51,417 nt of DNA from Microgenomates group bacterium. GTDB lineage: Bacteria > Patescibacteriota > Microgenomatia > UBA1400 > MFAQ01. The notes under the pieces were generated by a model, which saw only the letters and a program-made list of their open reading frames with translations, searched no databases and had not been told where the DNA came from. The stretch spans positions 1 to 51,417 of the forward strand of contig JBAQNH010000001.1 of the NCBI GenBank assembly GCA_049303575.1, written 5' to 3'. Positions 33,794-41,587 of the stretch are shown here, piece after piece; the first letter of the stretch is position 1; every line of letters starts with the position of its first letter. The translations under genes and the position numbers were made by a program.

Positions 33794-34582
33794 TTAATAT
33801 GTCTCGTGAATCTTGAGTATTTTGTCGGCGTAGCCAGCATATCCAACACCAGAAGGTCCATATTTGAGGAGGGCATCCCTGATGGAGCCGTGTTTTTTTA
33901 TCAGTCCGGCAAGCATCTTGGTACCATACTCAATATTGAATTCAGGATCATACAGTTCTTCCATCGATGGACGGTTGCTAAAGCAAGGACCATTGATACA
34001 TTGAAAGTTGGCGGAAATGCCGTCTCGGGGCATGACCTGAAGTAGACCGATGGCGCCGTCTTTGGAGGAAGCGTCCGGGCTACCTCCGCTTTCCTGAAGC
34101 ATAACTGAGGCGATAAGTTTGGAATCGATGTTGTATTTTTGAGCGCTGGTTTCGATGAGAGGGCACCATTGTCGGATCTTCTCAGGAAAGTTTGTAGAAA
34201 CGCAGTTTCCAGAAGTGAAGGTGGGTAGCGGTTCGCCGGAAGCTATTTCAGTGCTTTCCTGGGGAATGACCAGAGAGGTGTCTTGTCCGTCGATAATGAT
34301 CTCTTCAACTTGACGAGGGGGCTGTGATTGGGCAAAGGCGGTATCAATCTTTTGAGATGACCATATGCCAAAAGCGAAGAGGATGAGGATAGCGATAAAA
34401 CCGAGAAGGGTCTTAAAGAAATTTCTTGAAGTGAGATAGATGATCGAGCCGGCGATGATGATTATGCCAATTAGAGCGAAAAACAGATTAACATCTCTAA
34501 TGGCAAAATGGAAAAACGCAAGGAACATTATGACAAACAAACCAATAACGATCCATTTAACTTTACTGTTGCCGATTTCCAT
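33794..34582 (-). CDS. Membrane-anchored lytic transglycosylase (SLT domain)
   Basis: Three N-terminal TM helices, then KLIASVMLQESGGSPDASSKDGAIGLLQVMP (SLT catalytic Glu and the ES..G..GLMQ motif) and ..NIEYGTKMLAGL. Confidence 0.85.
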   Translation of the reverse strand: MEIGNSKVKWIVIGLFVIMFLAFFHFAIRDVNLFFALIGIIIIAGSIIYLTSRNFFKTLLGFIAILILFAFGIWSSQKIDTAFAQSQPPRQVEEIIIDGQDTSLVIPQESTEIASGEPLPTFTSGNCVSTNFPEKIRQWCPLIETSAQKYNIDSKLIASVMLQESGGSPDASSKDGAIGLLQVMPRDGISANFQCINGPCFSNRPSMEELYDPEFNIEYGTKMLAGLIKKHGSIRDALLKYGPSGVGYAGYADKILKIHETY

Positions 34583-34726
34583 GGCGACCTCCTTTGGGGT
34601 CTAATCAAAATTTTAAGGTGATTCAGCCAGGTGGCTGGTGATGGCCGAATTGTATCTCATAATACTTCAAATTGCAAGAAACCCTCCGGATGGAGGGCTT
34701 CTTTAACCTTGGTAACTTTTTGAGAC

Positions 34727-35602
34727 TTAGATGTTGCTTATAGCAAGCTTGACGGAAGGAGTGTGGGTACAAGAAAGATAAGCGGACTTGATCTTGGTGA
34801 CGTTGATGCTTTTTATAGCTTCGTTGATGTTGTCTACCAAGTCGTCACCCTTTTGAGTAATGGAACCTAAGTTGAGGTGAATGATGGGGAATTTAGCTTC
34901 GGTTTTGTAGGGAAGAGTGCCTCCAGAAGCAAGCTGTTTAGCTCTTTCCTCGGGGTGTTCTGTGACCGTTCCTGACTTTGGATTAGGCATGAGGCCCTTG
35001 GGTCCAAGAATCTTGGCAAAACGAGCTATTTTAGGCATGTCGGCCGGAGTACAGAGAAGGATGTCAAAATCAATAGTGTTGGCGGTGATTTTGGCAGCAA
35101 CCTCATCGGAGAAAATGGCAATCTTGACGTCTTTGCCGGTAGAGTGAGGAAGTTTAAGCTCGCCTCTTAAGCCTGTTTCACGGGTGTTGAGGTGAAGTTC
35201 GACAGTTTTGAGCTTGGAAGATTTGGAGAGCTTGGCTAAGATAGCGACGGCGTTGACGATCGAGTAAAGCTCATCCTTTTTGATGGCTTTAGCCATGGTC
35301 TTGTATTTATTGCTGCGTTTGCGAGCAACAACCTTCTTGGCAATTTTTTTGGCTTCTTCTACGACCTCTTCCTTGGCTTCTGCCTCTTTGACCTCTTCCT
35401 TGGTAGGAACAGCTATGGAGTCGGCGTTGTAGATGGCTCTTATGGAGTCAAGGTCTTCTTCCTTGATACCCTCGATGGCCATGAGTTCACCATCCTCTTT
35501 AAGGATGATTTGTTCCGGTTTTAAGCGGGCGGTACGAAGGGCGACGGCTACGTGCGTAGGTAGGTCGGTGTATAGGTTGTCCCAGATTATTTTTTTAGCC
35601 AT
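34727..35602 (-). CDS. rplA: 50S ribosomal protein L1 with a ~85-aa N-terminal extension
   Basis: The core runs from ..KRSNKYKTMAKAIKKDELYSIVNAVAILAKLS.. through KGLMPNPKSGTV. The extension is MAKKIIWDNLYTDLPTHVAVALRTARLKPEQIILKEDGELMAIEGIKEEDLDSIRAIY.. plus an acidic/Lys linker. Confidence 0.9.
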   Translation of the reverse strand: MAKKIIWDNLYTDLPTHVAVALRTARLKPEQIILKEDGELMAIEGIKEEDLDSIRAIYNADSIAVPTKEEVKEAEAKEEVVEEAKKIAKKVVARKRSNKYKTMAKAIKKDELYSIVNAVAILAKLSKSSKLKTVELHLNTRETGLRGELKLPHSTGKDVKIAIFSDEVAAKITANTIDFDILLCTPADMPKIARFAKILGPKGLMPNPKSGTVTEHPEERAKQLASGGTLPYKTEAKFPIIHLNLGSITQKGDDLVDNINEAIKSINVTKIKSAYLSCTHTPSVKLAISNI

Positions 35603-35604
35603 AG

Positions 35605-36030
35605 TTATTCTTTGATAGTAATACCCATTGATTTGCAGGTACCTTTAACCATTTCCATAGCGGAGGTTAGGTTAGTGGTATTCATGTCGGCGAGTTTTTT
35701 CTCGGCAATGGTTTTGATTTGTTCCATGGTAATTTCACCAACTTTGTCTTTGTTGGGAGTACCGGAGCCTGACTTAAGATTAAGAGCTTGTTTGATGAGG
35801 GCGGTGACAGGAGGGGTTTTGAGCTCAAACTTGAAGGATCTGTCTTCAAAAATGGTAACCAACGCAGGAATGATTTGACCACGCATCTCGGCGGTTTTAG
35901 CGTTGTACTGGGTAATGAACTCCATAATGTTGACACCGTGCTGTCCTAATGCGGGACCAACGGGAGGAGCAGGATTGGCGGAGCCGGCCGGAAGGTTTAG
36001 CTTCAGGATGGCTTTGACTTTTTTTGCCAT
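35605..36030 (-). CDS. rplK: 50S ribosomal protein L11
   Basis: [38 protein letters not shown].. Confidence 0.95.
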   Translation of the reverse strand: MAKKVKAILKLNLPAGSANPAPPVGPALGQHGVNIMEFITQYNAKTAEMRGQIIPALVTIFEDRSFKFELKTPPVTALIKQALNLKSGSGTPNKDKVGEITMEQIKTIAEKKLADMNTTNLTSAMEMVKGTCKSMGITIKE

Positions 36031-36179
36031 GTTTAGTTTTTAGTATTTTTTAATAGCCACACAAAAAGGGAAGTTGAATAGGTTTGATGCACTAGTTAGT
36101 AGATGTACCTATTTCGCTTTACTTTTGGTAAGCTCCCTCAGACTTGCCGAGGTAGGCATATTTTAACACAGTTGGAGAT

Positions 36180-36491
36180 TTATGGACACTCGCCTGGGGT
36201 GAAGGCCGTGACACCAGCGTTGTTGGCTTCGCATTCGCTGGGATAGGTGACACCGTTTTGGCTACAGACAGGAGAGTACAGGGCAGAGCAAATGATCTCG
36301 GGGCGTTCGGGAGATAGAGGGGTTACGGTTGGAATTGCCGTAACGGTTGGAACAACGGTGGGTTCAGAGGCTTTGCTACGAGTTTCGGTTTGGGTTTGGG
36401 GAAGAATGATGATGCTGGCAATGAGAATACCAATCACGAGAAGGATGGGAAGGACTACCCAGAGAGTTTCTTCGCTGTTTAAGTTTTTCAT
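36180..36491 (-). CDS. Membrane-anchored protein with a C-terminal Kazal-like (4-Cys) domain
   Basis: Track ORF trimmed to ATG 36491: MKNLNSEETLWVVLPILLVIGILIASIIIL.. The C-terminus is CSALYSPVCSQNGVTYPSECEANNAGVTAFTPGEC, matching the Kazal core PVC..G.TY..eC......G.C. Confidence 0.7.
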   Translation of the reverse strand: MKNLNSEETLWVVLPILLVIGILIASIIILPQTQTETRSKASEPTVVPTVTAIPTVTPLSPERPEIICSALYSPVCSQNGVTYPSECEANNAGVTAFTPGECP

Positions 36492-36609
36492 AGAGTGTCT
36501 AACTTTTACTATGGCAAAAAATAGAGGTAGAGTCAAGTTTTTGTTTGACAAAATGAGGATATTCTGATACTATGGGGCTATCGTTTAACCTTAACATGGA
36601 GGTGAAGAA

Positions 36610-37092
36610 ATGCTGACGGTTTTCGTCGTGGTCGTGGTCTGTTTGGGTGGTTTTGGGATTGCAACCAGAAAACAACATCTTGGTCCTGAGTGGATGTTTG
36701 TGCTCGTTTTGGCCTTTATTTTGGGTATTTTTGTGTCCTTGGGGATAGGAGGTTTGATTCCCAAAGAAAGACTTGTGCGTGAAACCAAGCTGTTGCACAA
36801 TTTGTACGAGGATGCCACGGTTTCGGGCGGTTTCTTTTTAGGGAGCGGTAGTATTGATGAGACAGAGTATCTGTTTTTCAATACCGTGACCGAGGACGGA
36901 ATGATCCACCCGGAAAAGGTAGAAAAGTACACCGAAGTGTACATTGTTGAAGGTTCCGGGCAACCTCGTTTGGAGATTGCCTACTATGTTCCATCAGATA
37001 AATGGAAGTGGTGGATAAACGGTGGATATGAAAATGTTTACATCTTCTATATCCCAGAAGGGAGTGTCGATTCCGGTTATCGAGTGAAGTAA
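36610..37092 (+). CDS. Hypothetical membrane protein (160 aa, two N-terminal TM helices)
   Basis: MLTVFVVVVVCLGGFGIA.. and WMFVLVLAFILGIFVSLGIGGL. SD GGAGGTGAAGAAATG. Confidence 0.6.
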   Translation: MLTVFVVVVVCLGGFGIATRKQHLGPEWMFVLVLAFILGIFVSLGIGGLIPKERLVRETKLLHNLYEDATVSGGFFLGSGSIDETEYLFFNTVTEDGMIHPEKVEKYTEVYIVEGSGQPRLEIAYYVPSDKWKWWINGGYENVYIFYIPEGSVDSGYRVK

Positions 37093-37101
37093 GTTTTAAG
37101 T

Positions 37102-37126
37102 AGGAGGGGCTTAGCCCCTCCTTTTT
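37102..37126. terminator. Bidirectional terminator between 36610-37092 and nusG
   Basis: AGGAGGGGC-TTA-GCCCCTCCT followed by TTTT. Confidence 0.75.
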
Positions 37127-37140
37127 CGTGGAAAAATGGC

Positions 37141-37758
37141 TTAGATTTTGGAGATTTGGAGGAAGTCGAGCTCAACGGGAGTTTCGCGTCCAAAGATACT
37201 GACTAGGACAGTGACTTTACCCTTGGCGTCGTCGATGGCGGAAACGGTGCCGAGAAGATCGGTGAAGGGGCCCTCGATGATGCGGACGGCTTCGCCCATG
37301 GTGAAAGCGGCTTGGAATTTGGGAGCGGCTTGCTGACCAAAGGCGGTAATGGCCTTAACTTCGTTTTCAGGAAGAGGAGTGGGTTGGTCGGCGGTACCGA
37401 CAAAACCGGTGACACCTTGAGTCGTGCGGACAGCGAGCCAAGAGTCGTCGGAGACAATCATGCGAACGAGCATATAACCGGGGAAAAGTTTTTCTTTGAT
37501 AGTGGTCTTCTTGCCTTTGTTGATTTTGATCTTTTCTTGAGTTGGGATGAGAATTTCGTAGATGAAGTCTTCAAGACCCATGGAGATTACTCTGGTTTTT
37601 AAGGTAATCAAAACACGATTTTCATGACCGGATTGAGTGTGAACGACATACCACTTGGCAGAAGGGGGAGCATTGTCGGTAATGACGACGTGATTAGGGT
37701 CCTGTGTTTTTGGCACAAGTTCATCGATTTGTTTGGCTTTGTCTTCTTTTAGTTTCAT
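37141..37758 (-). CDS. nusG: Transcription termination/antitermination factor NusG
   Basis: KWYVVHTQSGHENRV.. (NGN domain), and GEAVRIIEGPFTDLLGTVSAIDDAKGKVTVLVSIFGRETPVELDFLQI (KOW domain). Confidence 0.9.
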   Translation of the reverse strand: MKLKEDKAKQIDELVPKTQDPNHVVITDNAPPSAKWYVVHTQSGHENRVLITLKTRVISMGLEDFIYEILIPTQEKIKINKGKKTTIKEKLFPGYMLVRMIVSDDSWLAVRTTQGVTGFVGTADQPTPLPENEVKAITAFGQQAAPKFQAAFTMGEAVRIIEGPFTDLLGTVSAIDDAKGKVTVLVSIFGRETPVELDFLQISKI

Positions 37759-37759
37759 T

Positions 37760-37963
37760 TTAGCGATTTAGTGCTTTGGCAAGCATGGTCGTAAAGAGAT
37801 AGTCAAGACCTCCTGAATAAAATGCTACGACTAGACTAGTAATAATGACTAAGACGGTCATCTTTAAGGCAGTCTGGTGAGACGGCCATTTTACTTGCTT
37901 CATTTCTAGTCTTATCGAGCGTATATATTCAAGTGGACGAGGCATATCAAGGTATTTTAACAT
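37760..37963 (-). CDS. secE: Preprotein translocase subunit SecE
   Basis: ..IRSIRLEMKQVKWPSHQTALKMTVLVIITSLVVAFYSGGLDYLF.. Lies 1 nt upstream of nusG. The start could be the internal Met at residue 7. Confidence 0.85.
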   Translation of the reverse strand: MLKYLDMPRPLEYIRSIRLEMKQVKWPSHQTALKMTVLVIITSLVVAFYSGGLDYLFTTMLAKALNR

Positions 37964-37986
37964 GGAAGGGTCAATTTGAGGTATTC

Positions 37987-38010
37987 AAGTTGTGCAAACT
38001 TGCACAAGTT
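37987..38010. promoter_or_regulatory. Near-perfect palindrome just upstream of secE (possible operator or RNA hairpin)
   Basis: AAGTTGTGCAA-AC-TTGCACAAGTT. The 8-bp arms TTGTGCAA/TTGCACAA at 37990-38007 are perfect. It lies 24-47 nt upstream of the annotated secE start. Confidence 0.4.
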
Positions 38011-38497
38011 TTCAGGGCGTGATTAAATGAAGTTGCTCTGAACTTTGATAGATTGGGAGGTTTTTCCTCTACAAGCTATCCTTCGGGGGACGGAGTTTTC
38101 GACATTTCCAGTGTCGAGACAGTTCACCCACCTTTATGTTTTGGGGAAAGATCCCGAGTATCAAGATCAGGGCAAAAAACAAAATCTGTGCCTTCGTGAC
38201 CATCGTTTTTAAACGCAGATAGAATCCTTAACAAGCGGACAGTAATTGAGTAGGGTAGGTCGAAGCATGAAGTGTCTTTTAGAGTTGTAGAAACGCCTTG
38301 AGGTCAGCAAGGTAGTTTAAGGATGCACCCGTTGTAAGGGTGAACCGGCGGTAGAAGATACAAAGTGAGTTGATCAAAAATTATTTTTTTTGATGCTGAG
38401 GTGCAGAATATTTTCTTTTAATATAATGCACGAGAGTATTTGTTTTTGTTGTATAATCGCATAAATGTTGTACATTTAGTTAGCGGAAGGAGGAGCT

Positions 38498-38704
38498 GTG
38501 ACGGATACCTTTTTCTTCAAAGGAATTAAGGGGGTGTTTCAGCCCAAGGATAGGGAGTATTACTGCCAAAACGGGGAGTATGTTCGTCTCCCGGACGGTA
38601 AATTATTCCTCGTGGAGATAAAAGATCGGATTAGGTTGTTTCCGGTTGAAGCATCAACGTTACCTCCCAGTGCAGTAATCGTTGATTTAGTAAAAATCAA
38701 CTAA
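38498..38704 (+). CDS. Hypothetical 68-aa protein
   Basis: GTG start 4 nt after the strong SD GGAAGGAGGAG. A TGTTGTATAAT extended -10-like element lies upstream, and a terminator follows directly. Confidence 0.55.
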   Translation: MTDTFFFKGIKGVFQPKDREYYCQNGEYVRLPDGKLFLVEIKDRIRLFPVEASTLPPSAVIVDLVKIN

Positions 38705-38714
38705 AGAAAGTTTG

Positions 38715-38737
38715 CCCGCCAGAAATGGCGGGTTTTT
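38715..38737. terminator. Bidirectional terminator
   Basis: CCCGCC-AGAAAT-GGCGGG followed by TTTTT. Confidence 0.75.
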
Positions 38738-39740
38738 ATTTGATGAGCTTCTGGAGAAGTCGGGAGAATTTTTGAGGATCGTGGCGAAGACGGTTGAGTT
38801 GAGGAGTGATAGAGATAATATCAGAAGTTAATACTTTGATACCTTTGTCAGAAATCAATTTGAGCTCGGTTTTTGACCAGCCAAGAAAGTGAGAGTGTTC
38901 GAGGGCATATGACTTGGCCACCCTCGAGTATTTCCTTTCGAAGGCTTTTTGAGAAATGTGGGGAGTAATAATGACATCAAAGGGTTTGGAAAGACCCGTG
39001 AAGCGACGGAAGACTTTTAAGTATTTTTCCGGGGTGAAATGATGGGTTTGGTTTCTATTGGAGACAAGATTGGTAATGAGGATTTTTTTTGCTTTGGAGA
39101 CTGCTAAGGCTTCTTTGATGCCTACAGGAAGAAAGGTACTGATAATTGAGCCATAAATGCTGCCCGGACAGTAAATAATGAAGTCGGCATTTTCGATGGC
39201 TTCAATGGCTTGAGGAGTGGCCGGCACATCCGGATCCAACCAAAGGTCGGTAATGGAGTTTTTGGACATGGACTGTTTATCCAGCTCGTGTTCGCCTCGG
39301 AAAACAGTGCCGTTTTTTGTTTCAAAACAGATATTGCTGGAGTCGGTAGTCACCGGAATGACGGTGCCGTCAAACTTAATACCCAGAAGATTTTCGAGAT
39401 GTTCCTGGACTTTAATGAAGTCGTTTTGATACTTTTCCAGAAGAGCGTAGTAGAGAGTGTAGCCAAGATTTCTTTGGCGGCCATCGGTGAAGGAAACGAG
39501 ATCAGTAAAAGCCTGGATATTTTTTTTATGATTGGTACTGGAAATTAGGGAAATGAGGGTGCGAAGAAGGTCGGAGATGGCAATAACTTGATCGCGCTCG
39601 TCGGAGCGGATAATGCCTGTTTTGCCGCCCGAGTCCATACTAGCTGCAATACAAGAAAGATTTTTGTACCCGGCAAGGAGAAGGGCTTGGATGATAATAG
39701 GCGCTCCGGTACCACCACCCAAGGTAACAATTTTTTGCAT
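38736..39740 (-). CDS. YvcK/CofD-family protein (UPF0052, gluconeogenesis factor / 2-phospho-L-lactate transferase-like)
   Basis: MQKIVTLGGGTGAPIIIQALLLAG.. and SMDSGGKTGIIRSD, DLLRTLISL, PGSIYGSIIS. Confidence 0.8.
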   Translation of the reverse strand: MQKIVTLGGGTGAPIIIQALLLAGYKNLSCIAASMDSGGKTGIIRSDERDQVIAISDLLRTLISLISSTNHKKNIQAFTDLVSFTDGRQRNLGYTLYYALLEKYQNDFIKVQEHLENLLGIKFDGTVIPVTTDSSNICFETKNGTVFRGEHELDKQSMSKNSITDLWLDPDVPATPQAIEAIENADFIIYCPGSIYGSIISTFLPVGIKEALAVSKAKKILITNLVSNRNQTHHFTPEKYLKVFRRFTGLSKPFDVIITPHISQKAFERKYSRVAKSYALEHSHFLGWSKTELKLISDKGIKVLTSDIISITPQLNRLRHDPQKFSRLLQKLIK

Positions 39741-39813
39741 TGATTAGATATTACCAGATTGTCGGTTCCAAAAATGAATCTGTGGTTTGGTATCTTGGGT
39801 TAAAATACGATAG

Positions 39814-40419
39814 ATGAAAACTATTTTGTTCTCGCAACTTATGGCAGATGAGGTAGTGAAAGTGCTTAAAAGTGGTGGTTTGGTAGTTTATCCAACCGAG
39901 ACGGTTTACGGATTAGGAGTGGATGCAACTTCCGAGGCTGCTTTGGAAAAACTGTGGAAGTTTAAGGGAGAGCGAGGAGACAAACCGGTGTTGGTGGCGG
40001 TGAGTGGAGTAGCGATGGCGGAAGATTATGTAATTTTGGGTGATTTGGGTAAGAAAGTGGTGCAAAAATACTGGCCGGGCGCGGTGGCTATTGTAGCCAT
40101 GAGTAAAAACAAGGTGGCCAAAAAAGCGCAGGGAGAAACTGAGACATTGGGGCTACGAAATCCGGACAGTAAGGATATCTTGGAGATAATTGATATTTTT
40201 GGGAAACCAATTACTTCGACGTCGGCTAATGTTTCCGGAGCGGTGACGGCGAGAAGTCTGAAGGAATTTTTGGAAACAGTGCCTAAAGAAAAACAAAAAT
40301 TAATTGATTTATTTATTGATGCGGGAGAGTTGCCTTTGCGTCAACCGTCAACGATTGTAGATACGACAGGGGAGGAAATAAAGATTTTGAGACAAGGAAG
40401 CATCGCGGTTGAGGTATAA
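39814..40419 (+). CDS. tsaC: L-threonylcarbamoyladenylate synthase (TsaC/YrdC/Sua5 family)
   Basis: GGLVVYPTETVYGLGVDATS, YWPGAVAIV, LGLRNPD, TSTSANVSG. Confidence 0.9.
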   Translation: MKTILFSQLMADEVVKVLKSGGLVVYPTETVYGLGVDATSEAALEKLWKFKGERGDKPVLVAVSGVAMAEDYVILGDLGKKVVQKYWPGAVAIVAMSKNKVAKKAQGETETLGLRNPDSKDILEIIDIFGKPITSTSANVSGAVTARSLKEFLETVPKEKQKLIDLFIDAGELPLRQPSTIVDTTGEEIKILRQGSIAVEV

Positions 40420-40423
40420 AAAA

Positions 40424-40443
40424 GCCCCGATTTGCATCGGGGC
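40424..40443. terminator. Hairpin GCCCCGAT-TTGC-ATCGGGGC, with the T-run on the minus strand
   Basis: Read directly. It serves the 72-aa minus-strand gene and possibly tsaC. Confidence 0.6.
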
Positions 40444-40452
40444 GGGTAAGAC

Positions 40453-40671
40453 TTAGAAAGGTAAAAGGAGGAACCAAAAGAAAAGTGGGGTAAATCCGAA
40501 GACCAAAAAGCACAAGAACAGGAGAGGAAAAAGATATTTATGAACCAGTTCTTGTTTGGGGGTAGGACTGTTGACCTTGAGGTACCACTTCTCGATGAAG
40601 TAGGCACCAACGAGACAGAGAAATCCGAAGGAAACAGAAATCCAGAACAGTAATGGGGTCAGGACTATCAT
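40453..40671 (-). CDS. Small two-TM membrane protein (72 aa)
   Basis: AGGAGG 6 nt upstream of the ATG on the minus strand. MIVLTPLLFWISVSFGFLCLVGAYF.. and LFPLLFLCFLVFGFTPLFFWFLLL. Confidence 0.55.
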   Translation of the reverse strand: MIVLTPLLFWISVSFGFLCLVGAYFIEKWYLKVNSPTPKQELVHKYLFPLLFLCFLVFGFTPLFFWFLLLPF

Positions 40672-40747
40672 GAGCGGCCTCCTTTTTAGTGTGCGTGGTG
40701 GAATTGTACCTTTGGTTTGGTGTTAGCGCAAGTGCGGATAAAGAAAA

Positions 40748-40767
40748 ACCCCGATTAGTATCGGGGT
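40748..40767 (-). terminator. Hairpin ACCCCGAT-TAGT-ATCGGGGT overlapping the stop codon of the 241-aa gene
   Basis: On the minus strand it is followed by TTTTTCTTT. Its core is nearly identical to the hairpin at 40424-40443. Confidence 0.6.
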
Positions 40768-41480
40768 CTTGGTGTTTTAAATTCTTCGTATTCCTCGTCG
40801 TCATCCTCGTCGTCAAATTCTTCGTCACCGTTTTCCGGGGTGCTGACGGTGTGGTTGGATACGGCGAATGAGGCGTCGGAGTTGTCGTCCGGACGACTGA
40901 TTACCAGCTTGCTGGCCTCCGTTGGCTTGTTGGGGATGAAGGTGGTGGTTACCGTGAAGTTTACCCTGGGAACAGGATACCATTCAATATCAAGAGTTAG
41001 ATCCTTGATGACCTTCTCGATGATTTTTTCCCAGATGATGAAGTCAAGGTCATTCCAGATTTTGATAAAGAACAGATAGGCAAGCCCGTTATCAAGTAAG
41101 CCTGTTTTGCACTCCCGACCTTCATACTCAAAGTACAAAACAGCATCAATCTCGGCGACGTCCGGATTGGGGTGAGTGCTTACTTCCCGTTTGGTATCCA
41201 GGTTTAAGAAACCCAGATTAGTGTGAATGGTTTTTTGAGGAGGAGGGGGAGTAAGCGTCAAGCCGATAGAAGGAAGATAGATCAGTCCGTCGATGTAGTT
41301 TGTCGTGTCCAGGTCGATAAAGTAAACATTTTGTTTGGCGAGAGAGGAGAGAACTCGAAACTCGACATCGGGTCGACTAACATTAATGGGTTCGTAGAGC
41401 TCGATTGTTGGCGGCAGTGACTTCTTATTGAAGAGACCGGAAACTCTGTCAAGAAAAGAAGCAAGAAAATGGACGGCCAT
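40755..41480 (-). CDS. Hypothetical 241-aa protein with a highly acidic C-terminal tail
   Basis: SD GGGAGG upstream of the ATG. C-terminus ..ENGDEEFDDEDDDEEYEEFKTPRPRY. No signal peptide. Confidence 0.65.
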   Translation of the reverse strand: MAVHFLASFLDRVSGLFNKKSLPPTIELYEPINVSRPDVEFRVLSSLAKQNVYFIDLDTTNYIDGLIYLPSIGLTLTPPPPQKTIHTNLGFLNLDTKREVSTHPNPDVAEIDAVLYFEYEGRECKTGLLDNGLAYLFFIKIWNDLDFIIWEKIIEKVIKDLTLDIEWYPVPRVNFTVTTTFIPNKPTEASKLVISRPDDNSDASFAVSNHTVSTPENGDEEFDDEDDDEEYEEFKTPRPRY

Positions 41481-41587
41481 GTTACCTCCCTTTAGATTTT
41501 TAGAGTACTTGTTGCGTTGTGGTGAATTGTATCCTGGTTTTCAAATTAAGCAAGTGTAAAAACCTTTAGCAGATGTGGTAATCTAGT

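Noticed and set aside
38142-38365. Possible RNase P RNA. GGGGAAAGATCCCGAG resembles the P4 5' strand GAGGAAAGUCCGGGC, and GTAAGGGTGAACCGGCGGTAGAAG resembles GUAAGGGUGAAAGGGUGCGGUAAGAG.
   Set aside because: No complementary P4 3' strand (ACAGAA..CGGGAUCUU-like) lies anywhere downstream. The GGGTG segment simply pairs locally with CACCC in a small hairpin. The region is also too short before the SD-supported ORF at 38498. An Infernal scan would settle it.
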